The notes: generated by a model not told the origin, from the letters alone. A stretch of 41,345 nt of DNA from a virus (IMGVR_UViG_3300012943_000044:1-41345), one strand, 5' to 3'. Numbered from the stretch's first letter, positions 1 through 8,333 are shown. Numbers and translations: made by a program.

Positions 1-75
1 GTCCTTTGACCAGTCGATCTAGATTTTTTCGGACATCGCCCAGTGCTCGATAGCCCTGCGTAATCTCACGCTGTG

Positions 76-342
76 TCACCATGCGCGGCTGTGCTTGAGT
101 CCCTTGCGCACCGCGTGGCTGTTGGCAGCGCCGGCTCGGCGGTTACATCCCACATGCTCAGGTCCGCTCCATGCGGTGCGGTCGTCGGTATGCCCGAGGT
201 CCCACTGCTCGTGTGGTCCTATGCGCAGCTTGCATCGGGCGCAGTCGACCTCGCCTCGCCTGACCCTGGGTGCCCACGCCTTGCGCTGCTTCTCGTGGGC
301 TGGGCCGTAGCCGCGGTCCTGGCGGCTGCCTGTGCCTGGCAT
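76..342 (-). CDS. Terminal HNH endonuclease (packaging-associated)
   Basis: RGYGPAHEKQR...CARC...WDLGHTDDR...GPEHVGCNR; last gene before the genome end. Confidence 0.85.
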   Translation of the reverse strand: MPGTGSRQDRGYGPAHEKQRKAWAPRVRRGEVDCARCKLRIGPHEQWDLGHTDDRTAWSGPEHVGCNRRAGAANSHAVRKGLKHSRAW

Positions 343-435
343 GGCTCACCGCCTCGGGCCGTGCGGCAGGGCAGGCCGCGCATTGCCCACCCTGCCGCTT
401 CCCCCTGGCCCGTTACCCGGGTCTGGATACGACGA

Positions 436-460
436 AGGCCCCCGCTAGTAACGGGGGCCT
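436..460 (-). terminator. GC stem-loop in probable late-promoter leader (terminator/attenuator-like)
   Basis: AGGCCCCCG-7 nt-CGGGGGCCT, 9-bp perfect stem followed by TCGTCGTAT on the - strand. Confidence 0.5.
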
Positions 461-563
461 GGGTCGTGGTCTGGGTCTTGGGCACACCTTCGGCCACAAG
501 ATCCGCATTGCACCATGCGCGCCGAGGCCCGGTCAAGCAGCCGCGCCGCAGGTCACACGCTGG

Positions 564-788
564 CTATCGCCCGCACGTCGGGCAGGCCGGACGGTCGGTG
601 CGCACGATGGCGAGCAGCTGCCCGTCGGGGGCCAGCAGCAGGTGCGCGCCGGGGTCCGTGGCGTCCTTGGTCATCTGCTCGGGCGCGGGCAGGCCGTGCG
701 CCGCGGCGATGGGCGCCAGGTGCTCGAACCAGAACCGGTCGGTGGCCAGCTCGGCCTCGGTGGTGTGGATGACGGGGATGTCGCTCAT
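564..788 (-). CDS. Hypothetical protein (C-terminal CPTC)
   Basis: ATGA overlap with upstream gene; GAGGA RBS. Confidence 0.7.
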   Translation of the reverse strand: MSDIPVIHTTEAELATDRFWFEHLAPIAAAHGLPAPEQMTKDATDPGAHLLLAPDGQLLAIVRTDRPACPTCGR

Positions 789-1693
789 GCTGCGTCCTCG
801 CTCTCTGCGGCCCGGTTGGCCGCTCGTCGTGCCCGCTTGGCCTGCTCGCCAGCCAGTCGCGCCTTGTCGGCGGCGGCCAGGTCGAGGACGTCCCCGACGT
901 TGTACAGCGGCTTGTCGTCGCGGTCGCGTCCGTGTTCGGCGAGCTGGCCGCGCGTGGCCCAGCTGCGGATGGTGTTGACGTTGACCCCGTAGGCCTGGGC
1001 GATCTCGTAGGCGCGGAAGGCGTGGGCGCGTACCTCGCCGTCGAGCCAGGCCTGCCGGTCGTCCTGTGCCACCTCGGCCCCGCAGGTCCGGCAGCGGCCA
1101 CGTGAGGCCCCACGCGCCCCATAGATGTCCCCGTCACAGGTGTCGAGCTGCGCCATCCGGAACTCCTCGCCGGGGACGGGGGCCAGCACTTCCGCCCCAC
1201 AGGGGCCCAGATACTTCTGCTCGCTCGGCCCGTTGACCAGACCGCGCAGCCGCCCGGCGCAGTGGGCGATCTCCGCGAACGCAGCCACCGCGTACGGCTG
1301 GCCCTGCGCATCGGTGGCATGACGCAACCACTCCAGCTGGCCGCTGAGCGCCTTGGCGGCACTGACGAGGGGGTCGGGCTGGATACGCGATCTCGATCGC
1401 TTAGAAACGCTCCCAGGCCCCCGCGTCTCAGCGATGTCCCGCGCCAGCGTCGTCAGCGCGTTCTGCACGGCGTCGACCACGTCGGTAGCGCCGTCGTTGA
1501 GCGGCGGCCGCGATCCGGGCTTGCCGCCCGCGCCTCCCCGGCCGCGTCGCACCAGCCCGGCGGCGACGGCCCTCGCGTCGGGTGCCAGTTCGATGATCGC
1601 GGCGAGCTGGCCGGCGGCCCGGTTGCAGCACGGCATGTCGACGTAGCCGTCCGGCGTCGGCCGCCCACAGATCACGCAGGTGTTGGCGGTCAT
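785..1693 (-). CDS. Zn-finger plus C-terminal HTH protein, probable late transcription regulator
   Basis: CVICGRP, LGPC..., CRTCG, and AYEIAQAYGVNVNTIRSWATRG...LYNVGDV (MerR/Xis-like HTH); start moved to ATG 1693 (ATGA overlap). Confidence 0.75.
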   Translation of the reverse strand: MTANTCVICGRPTPDGYVDMPCCNRAAGQLAAIIELAPDARAVAAGLVRRGRGGAGGKPGSRPPLNDGATDVVDAVQNALTTLARDIAETRGPGSVSKRSRSRIQPDPLVSAAKALSGQLEWLRHATDAQGQPYAVAAFAEIAHCAGRLRGLVNGPSEQKYLGPCGAEVLAPVPGEEFRMAQLDTCDGDIYGARGASRGRCRTCGAEVAQDDRQAWLDGEVRAHAFRAYEIAQAYGVNVNTIRSWATRGQLAEHGRDRDDKPLYNVGDVLDLAAADKARLAGEQAKRARRAANRAAESEDAA

Positions 1694-1884
1694 GGGCCGA
1701 CCACCCGACCGTCGGGCGCCACGCACAGGAAGTGTCCGTGTCCGGTCTTCACGGGCCGGGCGCCGAGGCGTTCACAGGCCTCCCGCTGGGAGTCGCCGAG
1801 GACGGATGCGCCCCACCAGACGATGCCGAAGATCACCGCCACTGCGACCGCCAGGATCAGCAGGAACTTGAGTGCGGTCTTCAC
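1690..1884 (-). CDS. Small membrane/secreted protein
   Basis: MKTALKFLLILAVAVAVIFGIVWWG hydrophobic N-terminus; GTGA overlap. Confidence 0.7.
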   Translation of the reverse strand: MKTALKFLLILAVAVAVIFGIVWWGASVLGDSQREACERLGARPVKTGHGHFLCVAPDGRVVGP

Positions 1885-2126
1885 GCGTCCTCCCGGGGGA
1901 TGAGGGCCAGGTCGTAGCCGAGGGCGGCGAGGTAGTGGCCGAGGCTGTGGGTGTCGGGGTGGCTGCGGCCGGTGTCCCAGCGCCACAGGTTGAGCAGGGC
2001 GGTCTCGTGGGTGCTGCCGTTGCGTCCGGCGAGGTCGCGGGCGAGGGCGGCGCGTGTCCAGCCGTTGGTGATGCGCAGGGTGCCGAGGGTCTGGCCGAGC
2101 TTGGCCGGGTCACTGATCCGGATCAT
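1881..2126 (-). CDS. XRE-family HTH protein
   Basis: LGTLRITNGWTRAALA...LWRWDTGRSHP. Confidence 0.8.
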   Translation of the reverse strand: MIRISDPAKLGQTLGTLRITNGWTRAALARDLAGRNGSTHETALLNLWRWDTGRSHPDTHSLGHYLAALGYDLALIPREDA

Positions 2127-2287
2127 CGGTCCCTCCGCTCACGGAGCCACATCCGGACGCGAGTGGGCCACGGGATGTGGTGCAGGCAGTAGTGGCGCTT
2201 GCCGCCGCCACCCACGCCGAAGGTCAGCCAGTCCGGGTTGTTGGCACCGCACCGGTGGCAGGCGAAGAACTGCACGCGTCGGTTCAC
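2123..2287 (-). CDS. 54-aa Zn-binding microprotein (not in ORF track)
   Basis: MNRRVQFFACHRCGANNPDW...HYCLHH; fills the gap exactly with 4-nt overlaps at both ends. Confidence 0.65.
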   Translation of the reverse strand: MNRRVQFFACHRCGANNPDWLTFGVGGGGKRHYCLHHIPWPTRVRMWLRERRDR

Positions 2288-2535
2288 GCCGGCCACCCCG
2301 TTCCGGTGTCGCGGGCGCCGGGGTGGCGCTGCGGGACCAGGGCGACGGCGAAGCCGAGGACGCCGACGTGCTGGGCGAGCATCGTCAGGTATCCGGCGCG
2401 GCAGGCCTCGCGCTTGTGGACGCCGTTGGGCGAGATGTGCGCGCGGCGGGCGAGCTGGCGGATGGTGAGTCCGGCGTCGAGCCGGAGGCGGCGCAGGGTG
2501 GGTCCGAGCTCGCGATCGGGGGGCAGGGGGATCAC
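2284..2535 (-). CDS. XRE-family HTH protein
   Basis: LGPTLRRLRLDAGLTIRQLARRAHISPNGVHKRE; GTG 2535 overlaps the rep stop. Confidence 0.8.
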   Translation of the reverse strand: MIPLPPDRELGPTLRRLRLDAGLTIRQLARRAHISPNGVHKREACRAGYLTMLAQHVGVLGFAVALVPQRHPGARDTGTGWPA

Positions 2536-3218
2536 TGGGCCTCCAGGGCTTCGGATCGGCAGAGGGCGCAGTTGTCTGCGGGCTGGCCGCGGTGGCTGCG
2601 GCACTTCGGTGCGTTGCGCCGGCGTTCGGAGTCGGCGAGGTCCCAGCGCTCCCGGGATCGGCGCGCGTCGGCGCATCGGCCGCACGGGTCGGAGCTGGGT
2701 CGGTCTTCGTGTTCGGGGCATCTCGGGGGAGGGGGCTCTGCTGCTGCGGGCGTGCGGTCGTTAGTAGCGCTGTTAGAGCGCCCCCTAGAAGTACTTAGGT
2801 CGGGTCGGGTCGGGGGTTGCGAACTTCGCCCGAACGTTCGCCCATCGTTCGGGGAACGTTCGGGCGAACCATCTACGGCTCGACCTGCTGCTTTACGTTG
2901 CTCGCGCAGCTTTTGCATGCGAACACGTGCCGCTTTTCGTTCGGCTTCGACCTGATCTTTGTTCGGTTGGTAGTCGTGCCAGTCGTGGTACCGGTATCCA
3001 CCCTTCGCTCGCTTCCACAGCCCGCGGTCTAGAAGCTCCTTGACTGCTCGCTCCGGGTCGTCGCAGAGGCGTGCGGGCATTCCGGGGGGCACGAGACCGT
3101 CGGTGAGGTTTCGGGCTGACCAGGTGCCGGCGCGCAACCACAGCGCCAGGGCGCAGTCGGGGGCGTCAAAGACCTTGGGGTGGTCGTAGAACGAATCGTC
3201 GATCTTGAACCATGTCAT
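2532..3218 (-). CDS. Phage replication initiator (actinophage type)
   Basis: MTWFKIDDSFYDHPKV...LWLRAGTWS...TDG...YRYHDWHDYQP, PTRPD linker, C-terminal Cys/His motifs. Confidence 0.8.
   Translation of the reverse strand: MTWFKIDDSFYDHPKVFDAPDCALALWLRAGTWSARNLTDGLVPPGMPARLCDDPERAVKELLDRGLWKRAKGGYRYHDWHDYQPNKDQVEAERKAARVRMQKLREQRKAAGRAVDGSPERSPNDGRTFGRSSQPPTRPDLSTSRGRSNSATNDRTPAAAEPPPPRCPEHEDRPSSDPCGRCADARRSRERWDLADSERRRNAPKCRSHRGQPADNCALCRSEALEAQ
2819..2870. repeat. Iteron-like GAACGTTCG repeats inside rep (candidate origin)
   Basis: CGAACTTCG, CGAACGTTCG, ATCGTTCG, GGAACGTTCG and GCGAAC within about 50 bp. Confidence 0.6.
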
Positions 3219-3835
3219 CGGCCGGCCCGCCGATTCAGTGGCGGGCAGTGCTGCCTCAGGAGCTGATCTTCCAGCCGGAAGGCGTCCTCACGGCTACGGC
3301 AGGGGACTGCCCGCCACGCCACGAAGACCTTGCCGTCGCGGTGATGAGCCTTGAGTCGGACGAGGAACTGCTCGCTGCTCCCGCAGTAGACCGGTGAGGC
3401 GTCAGCGCCATAGAGCACGTACACCACGGGCATGCCGCGGCCGGGGTAATTGCCCTCGATCCGCCCGGGCCAACCATGGCCGTCCACGGTCCATTCGCCA
3501 ACCCATCCGCCGGACGAAGGATCGTTCGGCCGGTGTCGCGCGATGGCCGCTACGTCGGCGCGCATTCGCTGAGGATGAGGCAGGCCGTTCCGGACCCAGG
3601 CGGTCGTGAAGCCGGGACAGTTCAGCGATTCGTACAGGGCCAGCAGCGCAACGGCGTCCCGACGGTTGGCGTGCCGTGTGGCAGCTGTGGCGATTTGCTC
3701 GACCGTGTCGAGACGGGCGGCATCGACACGATCCATCTTCGCCCGCAGGCTGGTGATCGAGGCTTCGAGGTTCCGGAGGTGCTGCACCGAGGCGGCCAGC
3801 TCTTCGGGGATGACGACCGTTCGAACGTCGGTCAT
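3215..3835 (-). CDS. GIY-YIG nuclease with coiled-coil-like N-terminal region
   Basis: VVYVLY-x7-VYCGSS...RLKAH...E-DQLL...PPLN matches the GIY-YIG core; start taken at ATG 3835. Confidence 0.8.
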   Translation of the reverse strand: MTDVRTVVIPEELAASVQHLRNLEASITSLRAKMDRVDAARLDTVEQIATAATRHANRRDAVALLALYESLNCPGFTTAWVRNGLPHPQRMRADVAAIARHRPNDPSSGGWVGEWTVDGHGWPGRIEGNYPGRGMPVVYVLYGADASPVYCGSSEQFLVRLKAHHRDGKVFVAWRAVPCRSREDAFRLEDQLLRQHCPPLNRRAGR

Positions 3836-4172
3836 CGGACACTCGCCTGAGTGACGGTGGGCGACACGAGGTACTTGGCACGCGACAGCGTGCGATGCCA
3901 TGGCAACATGGAGCCAGGGCTCCTTCCGCTAGCTCGGATGGGGGCCTTAGTCCCGGGACTTGGCGTCGCAAGCGCCATTTCTCGGGCACCCAATCCTCCC
4001 AGCTCACGCGGCGTGTGGATCACCGCCGCGCCGGAATGCTGTGTCTTATGGATCACTATTCACCTCGTGCTCATAATCACGTTCTGCGCCCCATTCCTGC
4101 GAGTGACAGGAATGCAACGGAATGGCGTTGTCGGTCAGTTCTCCACGTCGTCCCTTTCGCCGACCCGGGCCG

Positions 4173-4355
4173 TCATGACGGCACCTTGATCTCGACGTGC
4201 AGGGTCGCGCCGCAGTCGCACGTCCAGTCGGTGGAGTTCAGCTCGAACCCGTGGCCGGGTTTGCCCTCCCATGAGGTGGAGGTGCCCTTCCAGCGCATCG
4301 GCCTGCCGCAGTGCTCGACGGGCGCGGCGGGCCCGGTCAGGGTGTCGATGTCCAC
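4173..4355 (-). CDS. Zn-ribbon microprotein
   Basis: HCGRPM...WTCDCGA; AGGAGG RBS. Confidence 0.7.
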   Translation of the reverse strand: MDIDTLTGPAAPVEHCGRPMRWKGTSTSWEGKPGHGFELNSTDWTCDCGATLHVEIKVPS

Positions 4356-4541
4356 TTAGCTGTCCTCCTTTTCGCCGGCGGCTCGGCGCTGGGCGTCGTC
4401 GTGCGGCACGTCCGGCATCGCGTGGTGGGCGTCGTCAGGCCGGCCGAGCAGGTGGCAGCGGGCGCACACCTGCACGCCGTTCAGGTCGGCGGGCAGCTCC
4501 GGGTCGGCCACGAACGGGTGCGGCGCGGGCCGGGTCTTCAC
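4356..4541 (-). CDS. Small Cys/His protein
   Basis: PHPFVADP...CARCHL...HH; GTGA overlap. Confidence 0.65.
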   Translation of the reverse strand: MKTRPAPHPFVADPELPADLNGVQVCARCHLLGRPDDAHHAMPDVPHDDAQRRAAGEKEDS

Positions 4542-5014
4542 GTCAGCCCGCCGGTGTCGACGGTGACGATGGGCGGGCCGATGTAGACGTCCTCGACGTG
4601 CTCGCCCTGGCCCCAGCAGTCCGGGCACGAGCCGGAGCCGTCGCACTCGCTGCAGCCGAGGTCGTCCTCACCGCCGCAGTACGGGCACCGTCCGGCGCCG
4701 TAGCAGCCTGTGCAGGTGGTGACGCACGGGCCAGGGTGGTCGTCATCGCCTGCGTCGCAGCAGCGGTAGTCGTCAGGGCTGGTGCAGTCGAAGCAGTCGC
4801 AGGGCCCGTCGTCCATCCCGGGGCCGTACAGGGTGTGGCACTGGCGCCGCTCGCGTTCCTTCTCGCGAGCATCCCAGGCGCGGCGGTGCCCGAAGGCGAT
4901 GGAGGCACGGCGACCTTGCCACGTCGGCGGCGTGACGCGTGGGCTCCAGTAGGTCCGCCGGGCGTACCGGTACCAGCGCGCCAGCCGCCGGTTGAGCTTG
5001 CGCAGGCTAGCCAC
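4538..5014 (-). CDS. Cys-rich protein with four DnaJ-type CxxCxGx(G) repeats
   Basis: CTGCYGAG, CPYCGGED, CSECDGSG, CPDCWGQG; 15 Cys in total. Confidence 0.75.
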   Translation of the reverse strand: MASLRKLNRRLARWYRYARRTYWSPRVTPPTWQGRRASIAFGHRRAWDAREKERERRQCHTLYGPGMDDGPCDCFDCTSPDDYRCCDAGDDDHPGPCVTTCTGCYGAGRCPYCGGEDDLGCSECDGSGSCPDCWGQGEHVEDVYIGPPIVTVDTGGLT

Positions 5015-5192
5015 GGCTCACCTCGCAGCGGGTGCAGCGGCAGACGTGCGGCCAGCCGGTCCAGGTCCAGCAGCGGTGGACGGCGCTGCGGGGGTGGCAC
5101 CGGCCGGGCCATGCCCGGTCGCAGGGCGGCAGGTCCAGCTCGCTGTCCCGGTCGGTGCGGGTGGGCCTGGGCAGCGCGATGACGTCAGCCAC
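5007..5192 (-). CDS. Small Cys/His-rich protein
   Basis: CDRAW...HRC...HVCRCTRC; coupled to neighbours. Confidence 0.65.
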   Translation of the reverse strand: MADVIALPRPTRTDRDSELDLPPCDRAWPGRCHPRSAVHRCWTWTGWPHVCRCTRCEVSRG

Positions 5193-5313
5193 GGCGGCGC
5201 TCCCGCCAGGTGGCCCAGCCGTGCCGGGCGAGGGCGTAGGGCATCAGCAGGATCGCCAGCGGCACCAGCTCGCCGCAGCGCCTGCCCAGCGGGTGACGGT
5301 CACGGTCAGGCAC
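5185..5313 (-). CDS. 42-aa hydrophobic microprotein (not in ORF track)
   Basis: MPDRDRHPLGRRCGELVPLAILLMPYALARHGW...; 8-nt overlaps on both sides. Confidence 0.55.
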   Translation of the reverse strand: MPDRDRHPLGRRCGELVPLAILLMPYALARHGWATWRERRRG

Positions 5314-5554
5314 GGCGGGCCGCCTTGCGCACCTCAGGCGACATGAGCTTGCCGCAGTAGCAGGCCCCGGTGCGGGCGAGATCCTTGCGGCAGCCCTGCG
5401 GGATCGGCCGCCATGGCAGGCGGGCCTTCAGCCCTTCGTCGCGGGTCCGTTCGGAGTCCAGCACCCAGCTGACGAGGTCGGCCCAGCACTGGCCACGCAG
5501 GCGGTTGACGGTGAAAGCGATACGCCACTTCAGACGCTTGATGCGGTCAGCCAC
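5306..5554 (-). CDS. Hypothetical protein
   Basis: GAAGGGAG RBS, GTG 5554; CWADLVSW...GACYCGK. Confidence 0.7.
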   Translation of the reverse strand: MADRIKRLKWRIAFTVNRLRGQCWADLVSWVLDSERTRDEGLKARLPWRPIPQGCRKDLARTGACYCGKLMSPEVRKAARRA

Positions 5555-5696
5555 GGTGGGCTCCCTTCTTGGCGGCCCTGAGCCGGGCCTTGCGCTCACA
5601 CCGGCTCAGGGCGAGGTATTCGGTCAGCGGGAGGCCGCACAGCGCGGCGTTGGCCCGCTGCTTGGCGCTGAGGCGGTAACTGTGCCGGGGCTTCAC
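5547..5696 (-). CDS. Small basic protein
   Basis: GTGA overlap; MKPRHSYRLSAKQRANAA... Confidence 0.55.
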   Translation of the reverse strand: MKPRHSYRLSAKQRANAALCGLPLTEYLALSRCERKARLRAAKKGAHRG

Positions 5697-5812
5697 CGGA
5701 TGCCTGCCCCGGCCAGCCAGGAGAGCGCGCACAGCCCGCCGACGATGAGCAGCCAGCCGAGCCACCACGGCGTCTGCGCCACCAGCAGCATCAGGTCCAG
5801 CAGGTCGATCAC
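5693..5812 (-). CDS. 39-aa membrane microprotein
   Basis: MIDLLDLMLLVAQTPWWLGWLLIVGGLCALSWLAG; GTGA overlaps. Confidence 0.6.
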   Translation of the reverse strand: MIDLLDLMLLVAQTPWWLGWLLIVGGLCALSWLAGAGIR

Positions 5813-6045
5813 GTCAGCACCGCCTTGCGTGCCGTGGTAGCCCGGACCACCGTGCAGCCGCCGAGGCAGACGAAGCGGCCCTCCAGCAGGTCCCAGCGCG
5901 GGTTGCCGGCGGCGTCGGCCAACGGCGCCTTGCACACCCGGTTGGCGCACAGCGGGATGTAGAACGGCTGGCAGTCGATGCCGAGCCGCAGCGGCCGGTC
6001 GGCGGCCTGCCTGCGCCGGGCGACGGTCCCGGCCCGGCTGCTCAC
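5809..6045 (-). CDS. Small Cys-containing protein
   Basis: CANRVC...CLGGC; GTGA overlap. Confidence 0.6.
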   Translation of the reverse strand: MSSRAGTVARRRQAADRPLRLGIDCQPFYIPLCANRVCKAPLADAAGNPRWDLLEGRFVCLGGCTVVRATTARKAVLT

Positions 6046-6293
6046 AGCGCACCTCGGTCCAGGACTTCGCGGCCGCGGTCGGTGAGGTGCCAGACGAGGG
6101 TGTCCGGCGGCAGCCAGCACCACGGCGGGCGTTCGTTCGCCATCGCCCAGACGGCCCGGCTGACGTCGGCACGACCCTCCTCGCCGACGAGGTCCAGGTA
6201 CGGGGCGCAGGTCTCCGGGTCTTCGAGCACGTGCCGGTCGCGGATGTCGGCGAGCAGCGCGATCAGGGCCTCGGTCGCGGTCAGCTCAGCCAT
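6042..6293 (-). CDS. Hypothetical protein with winged-helix-like C-terminus
   Basis: Ends WHLTDRGREVL; ATG 6293. Confidence 0.65.
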   Translation of the reverse strand: MAELTATEALIALLADIRDRHVLEDPETCAPYLDLVGEEGRADVSRAVWAMANERPPWCWLPPDTLVWHLTDRGREVLDRGAL

Positions 6294-6522
6294 CGGCGGC
6301 CGCCAGCCCGTCGGCGCGCTCACGGACCAGCGCGGAGATCACGGAGGGCGGCAGCGGGAACGTCGGCCCACGATCGATCTCGTCGGCCATGACCCGCAGC
6401 GCAGCGGCCACTCCGGCGCTCACGATGGCGTCGCGGTGGATGGTGCCGAGGTCGCGCCCGATGCGCGGGACGGCTTCGTCCTCTATGGCCTCTGCGGCAG
6501 CGGTGATCATCGGGTCAGGCAT
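6286..6522 (-). CDS. Hypothetical protein
   Basis: GAAGGAG RBS; coupled to neighbours. Confidence 0.7.
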   Translation of the reverse strand: MPDPMITAAAEAIEDEAVPRIGRDLGTIHRDAIVSAGVAAALRVMADEIDRGPTFPLPPSVISALVRERADGLAAADG

Positions 6523-7207
6523 CGGTGGCTCCTTCTCTGCAGTGCACGTGGGTCAGCTCGTCGGTGGTGGCGTTGACGGTGTAGGCCTCGCCGCGCCGGA
6601 TCTCCTGGCCGCAGCTGCCGCAGGTCCGGCCGCCGTCGCGGGCGACGATCCAGCCGCTGTAGCGCAGCCGCTCCAGCTCGGCGGTAGCGGACGCCAGCTC
6701 GGCCTCGGCGAGGTCTGCCCGGCGAGCGTCGTCGGCCGCGTCGTTGCGCTCGGCCCGCAGCCAGGCGGGGATCTCGCACCCCTCCGGGCACGGTGCTTCC
6801 TCGTCGCGCTCCGGAGCGCCGTCGGCGTCGCAGCCAAACGCCTCGGCGGGGATGACGCCGAGTCCCCAGCAGTCGCCGCACGGCAGGTTGTCGAGCGCGG
6901 CCCGCAGCTCGTCGCGCTCCTGCTCGACGCGTGCCGTCTCTGCGGTGGCGCTGTCGTACAGGGCGGCCAGCTCGGTCAACGATCCCCGCACCACGTCCAT
7001 CTCCTGCTCGGCGTGGCGCACCTCGGCCGAGGTGGACCCGGTCGGCATCGTCCCGGCCTTGACGAGGATCGCGGCGGTGTCCTCGTCCAGCGCCGCCGCC
7101 TGGAGGTTCGGCTCGTAGCGGCGGCACTCGCAGTCCCGGCAGGCGTACGTCTCGCCCGCGTGCCGGGGCTTCAGGTGCGCGCAGACGCACGGCAGGGCGG
7201 CGGTCAC
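6515..7207 (-). CDS. Multi-Zn-motif coiled-coil protein
   Basis: CVCAH...H...CRDCEC, CGDCWGLG, CGSCGQEIRRGE...HVHC; GTG 7207. Confidence 0.7.
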   Translation of the reverse strand: MTAALPCVCAHLKPRHAGETYACRDCECRRYEPNLQAAALDEDTAAILVKAGTMPTGSTSAEVRHAEQEMDVVRGSLTELAALYDSATAETARVEQERDELRAALDNLPCGDCWGLGVIPAEAFGCDADGAPERDEEAPCPEGCEIPAWLRAERNDAADDARRADLAEAELASATAELERLRYSGWIVARDGGRTCGSCGQEIRRGEAYTVNATTDELTHVHCREGATDA

Positions 7208-7410
7208 AACAGGCCGTCCCGGTCCGTGGCCGACAGGACCATGAAGGCGTCCCGGTTGTCGGTCCAGCTGACGTCGTCCAGCTGGCCGCTGAGGATCACC
7301 ATGTCGTCGGCCTCGTCGGCGTCGACCGTGACGTGGAGAAACACCTCGTCCCGGCCGCGCCCGTGCAGGACGTGCTTCACCAGCTGCCACAGCAGCGCGT
7401 AGGCGGTCAC
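7204..7410 (-). CDS. Hypothetical protein
   Basis: GTGA overlaps, typical codon bias. Confidence 0.65.
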   Translation of the reverse strand: MTAYALLWQLVKHVLHGRGRDEVFLHVTVDADEADDMVILSGQLDDVSWTDNRDAFMVLSATDRDGLL

Positions 7411-7751
7411 GGCGTCCGCCCCGGGATGACCGGTGCCTTGTAGCGGATGCCGACCGGCGGCACCTCGCGCAGGACCTCCGAGCCGGGCACCGACGGCTGC
7501 AACGTCGACCGCAGCTCCAGGCAGAAGTCCACCAGCGCCGTGCAGCGCAGGCCCGGGTCCTTCAGCGACTCGGCGAGCAGGGTGCGGTGGATGTGCCGCA
7601 GGGCGGCCGTGTGGCGGGCCTGGTGCTCCAGCCCGACGGCGGCCGGGGTGTCCTCCAGCTGGAAGCCGGGCACGATGTCGGCGGGCGGGGTGATGAACTC
7701 GACGTGGATCGGGCCGGCGAACCAGTGGACCGCCCGGCGCAGGATGCTCAT
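7407..7751 (-). CDS. Hypothetical protein
   Basis: ATGA overlap, GGAG RBS. Confidence 0.7.
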   Translation of the reverse strand: MSILRRAVHWFAGPIHVEFITPPADIVPGFQLEDTPAAVGLEHQARHTAALRHIHRTLLAESLKDPGLRCTALVDFCLELRSTLQPSVPGSEVLREVPPVGIRYKAPVIPGRTP

Positions 7752-8014
7752 GAGGTTGCTCCGTTCAGGGCGGGCTCGACGAGTCCGAGCTGCTCGACGA
7801 TGTGGCGGTGGTAACGGCAGCCGCAGGTCACGCAGATCCGCATCAGCGACCAGCTCGTGTAGCCCATGTCGCCGCCGGGCGGCAGCTTCAGCTCGATGTA
7901 GCGCTCGCCCGGCTCGATGCGGTGCTCGCAGACGTAGTCCTCGCAGCGGTGCTGCTTGCGGGCGGTCCGGGCGCGCCAGTACTCCTCGCGGTTGCGGATC
8001 GACTTGGCGGCCAT
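7748..8014 (-). CDS. Zn-finger protein
   Basis: RTARKQHRCEDYVC...IEPGERY...RICVTC; GGAGG RBS, ATG 8014. Confidence 0.75.
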   Translation of the reverse strand: MAAKSIRNREEYWRARTARKQHRCEDYVCEHRIEPGERYIELKLPPGGDMGYTSWSLMRICVTCGCRYHRHIVEQLGLVEPALNGATS

Positions 8015-8187
8015 CAGTCGCTCACCTCCTCGGTGAAGGTGCGGCAGGGGCAGTTGGAGTTGGAGCACGCCCCGCGCACGCCGGTGACGTCGTGGGGCTT
8101 GTGCAGCGACGACAGGCAGCCGCAGGTGCAGCGGGCCAGGTCGTACGGCGTCTGCCCGGTCGCAGCACCCGGGTCCTGGCGGCTCAC
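8014..8187 (-). CDS. Cys-rich microprotein
   Basis: CTCGC...H...GACSNSNCPCRTF. Confidence 0.65.
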   Translation of the reverse strand: MSRQDPGAATGQTPYDLARCTCGCLSSLHKPHDVTGVRGACSNSNCPCRTFTEEVSD

Positions 8188-8333
8188 CGGCGGCCTGCCC
8201 ATCGGGCGTGCTCGGCACGCGGGCGGCGGCAGTTCATGAACTCGCACGGCCGCTCAGCCGCCGGCGCCGAGGTGCCCGCGCGCACGCACTTGTGCGGTGG
8301 CCGCCAGGCGTGGTCGAGAATCGGCTCAGGCAT
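8184..8333 (-). CDS. Cys/His microprotein
   Basis: MPEPILDHAW...CEFMNCRRPRAEH; overlaps the RecT-like stop. Confidence 0.6.
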   Translation of the reverse strand: MPEPILDHAWRPPHKCVRAGTSAPAAERPCEFMNCRRPRAEHARWAGRR

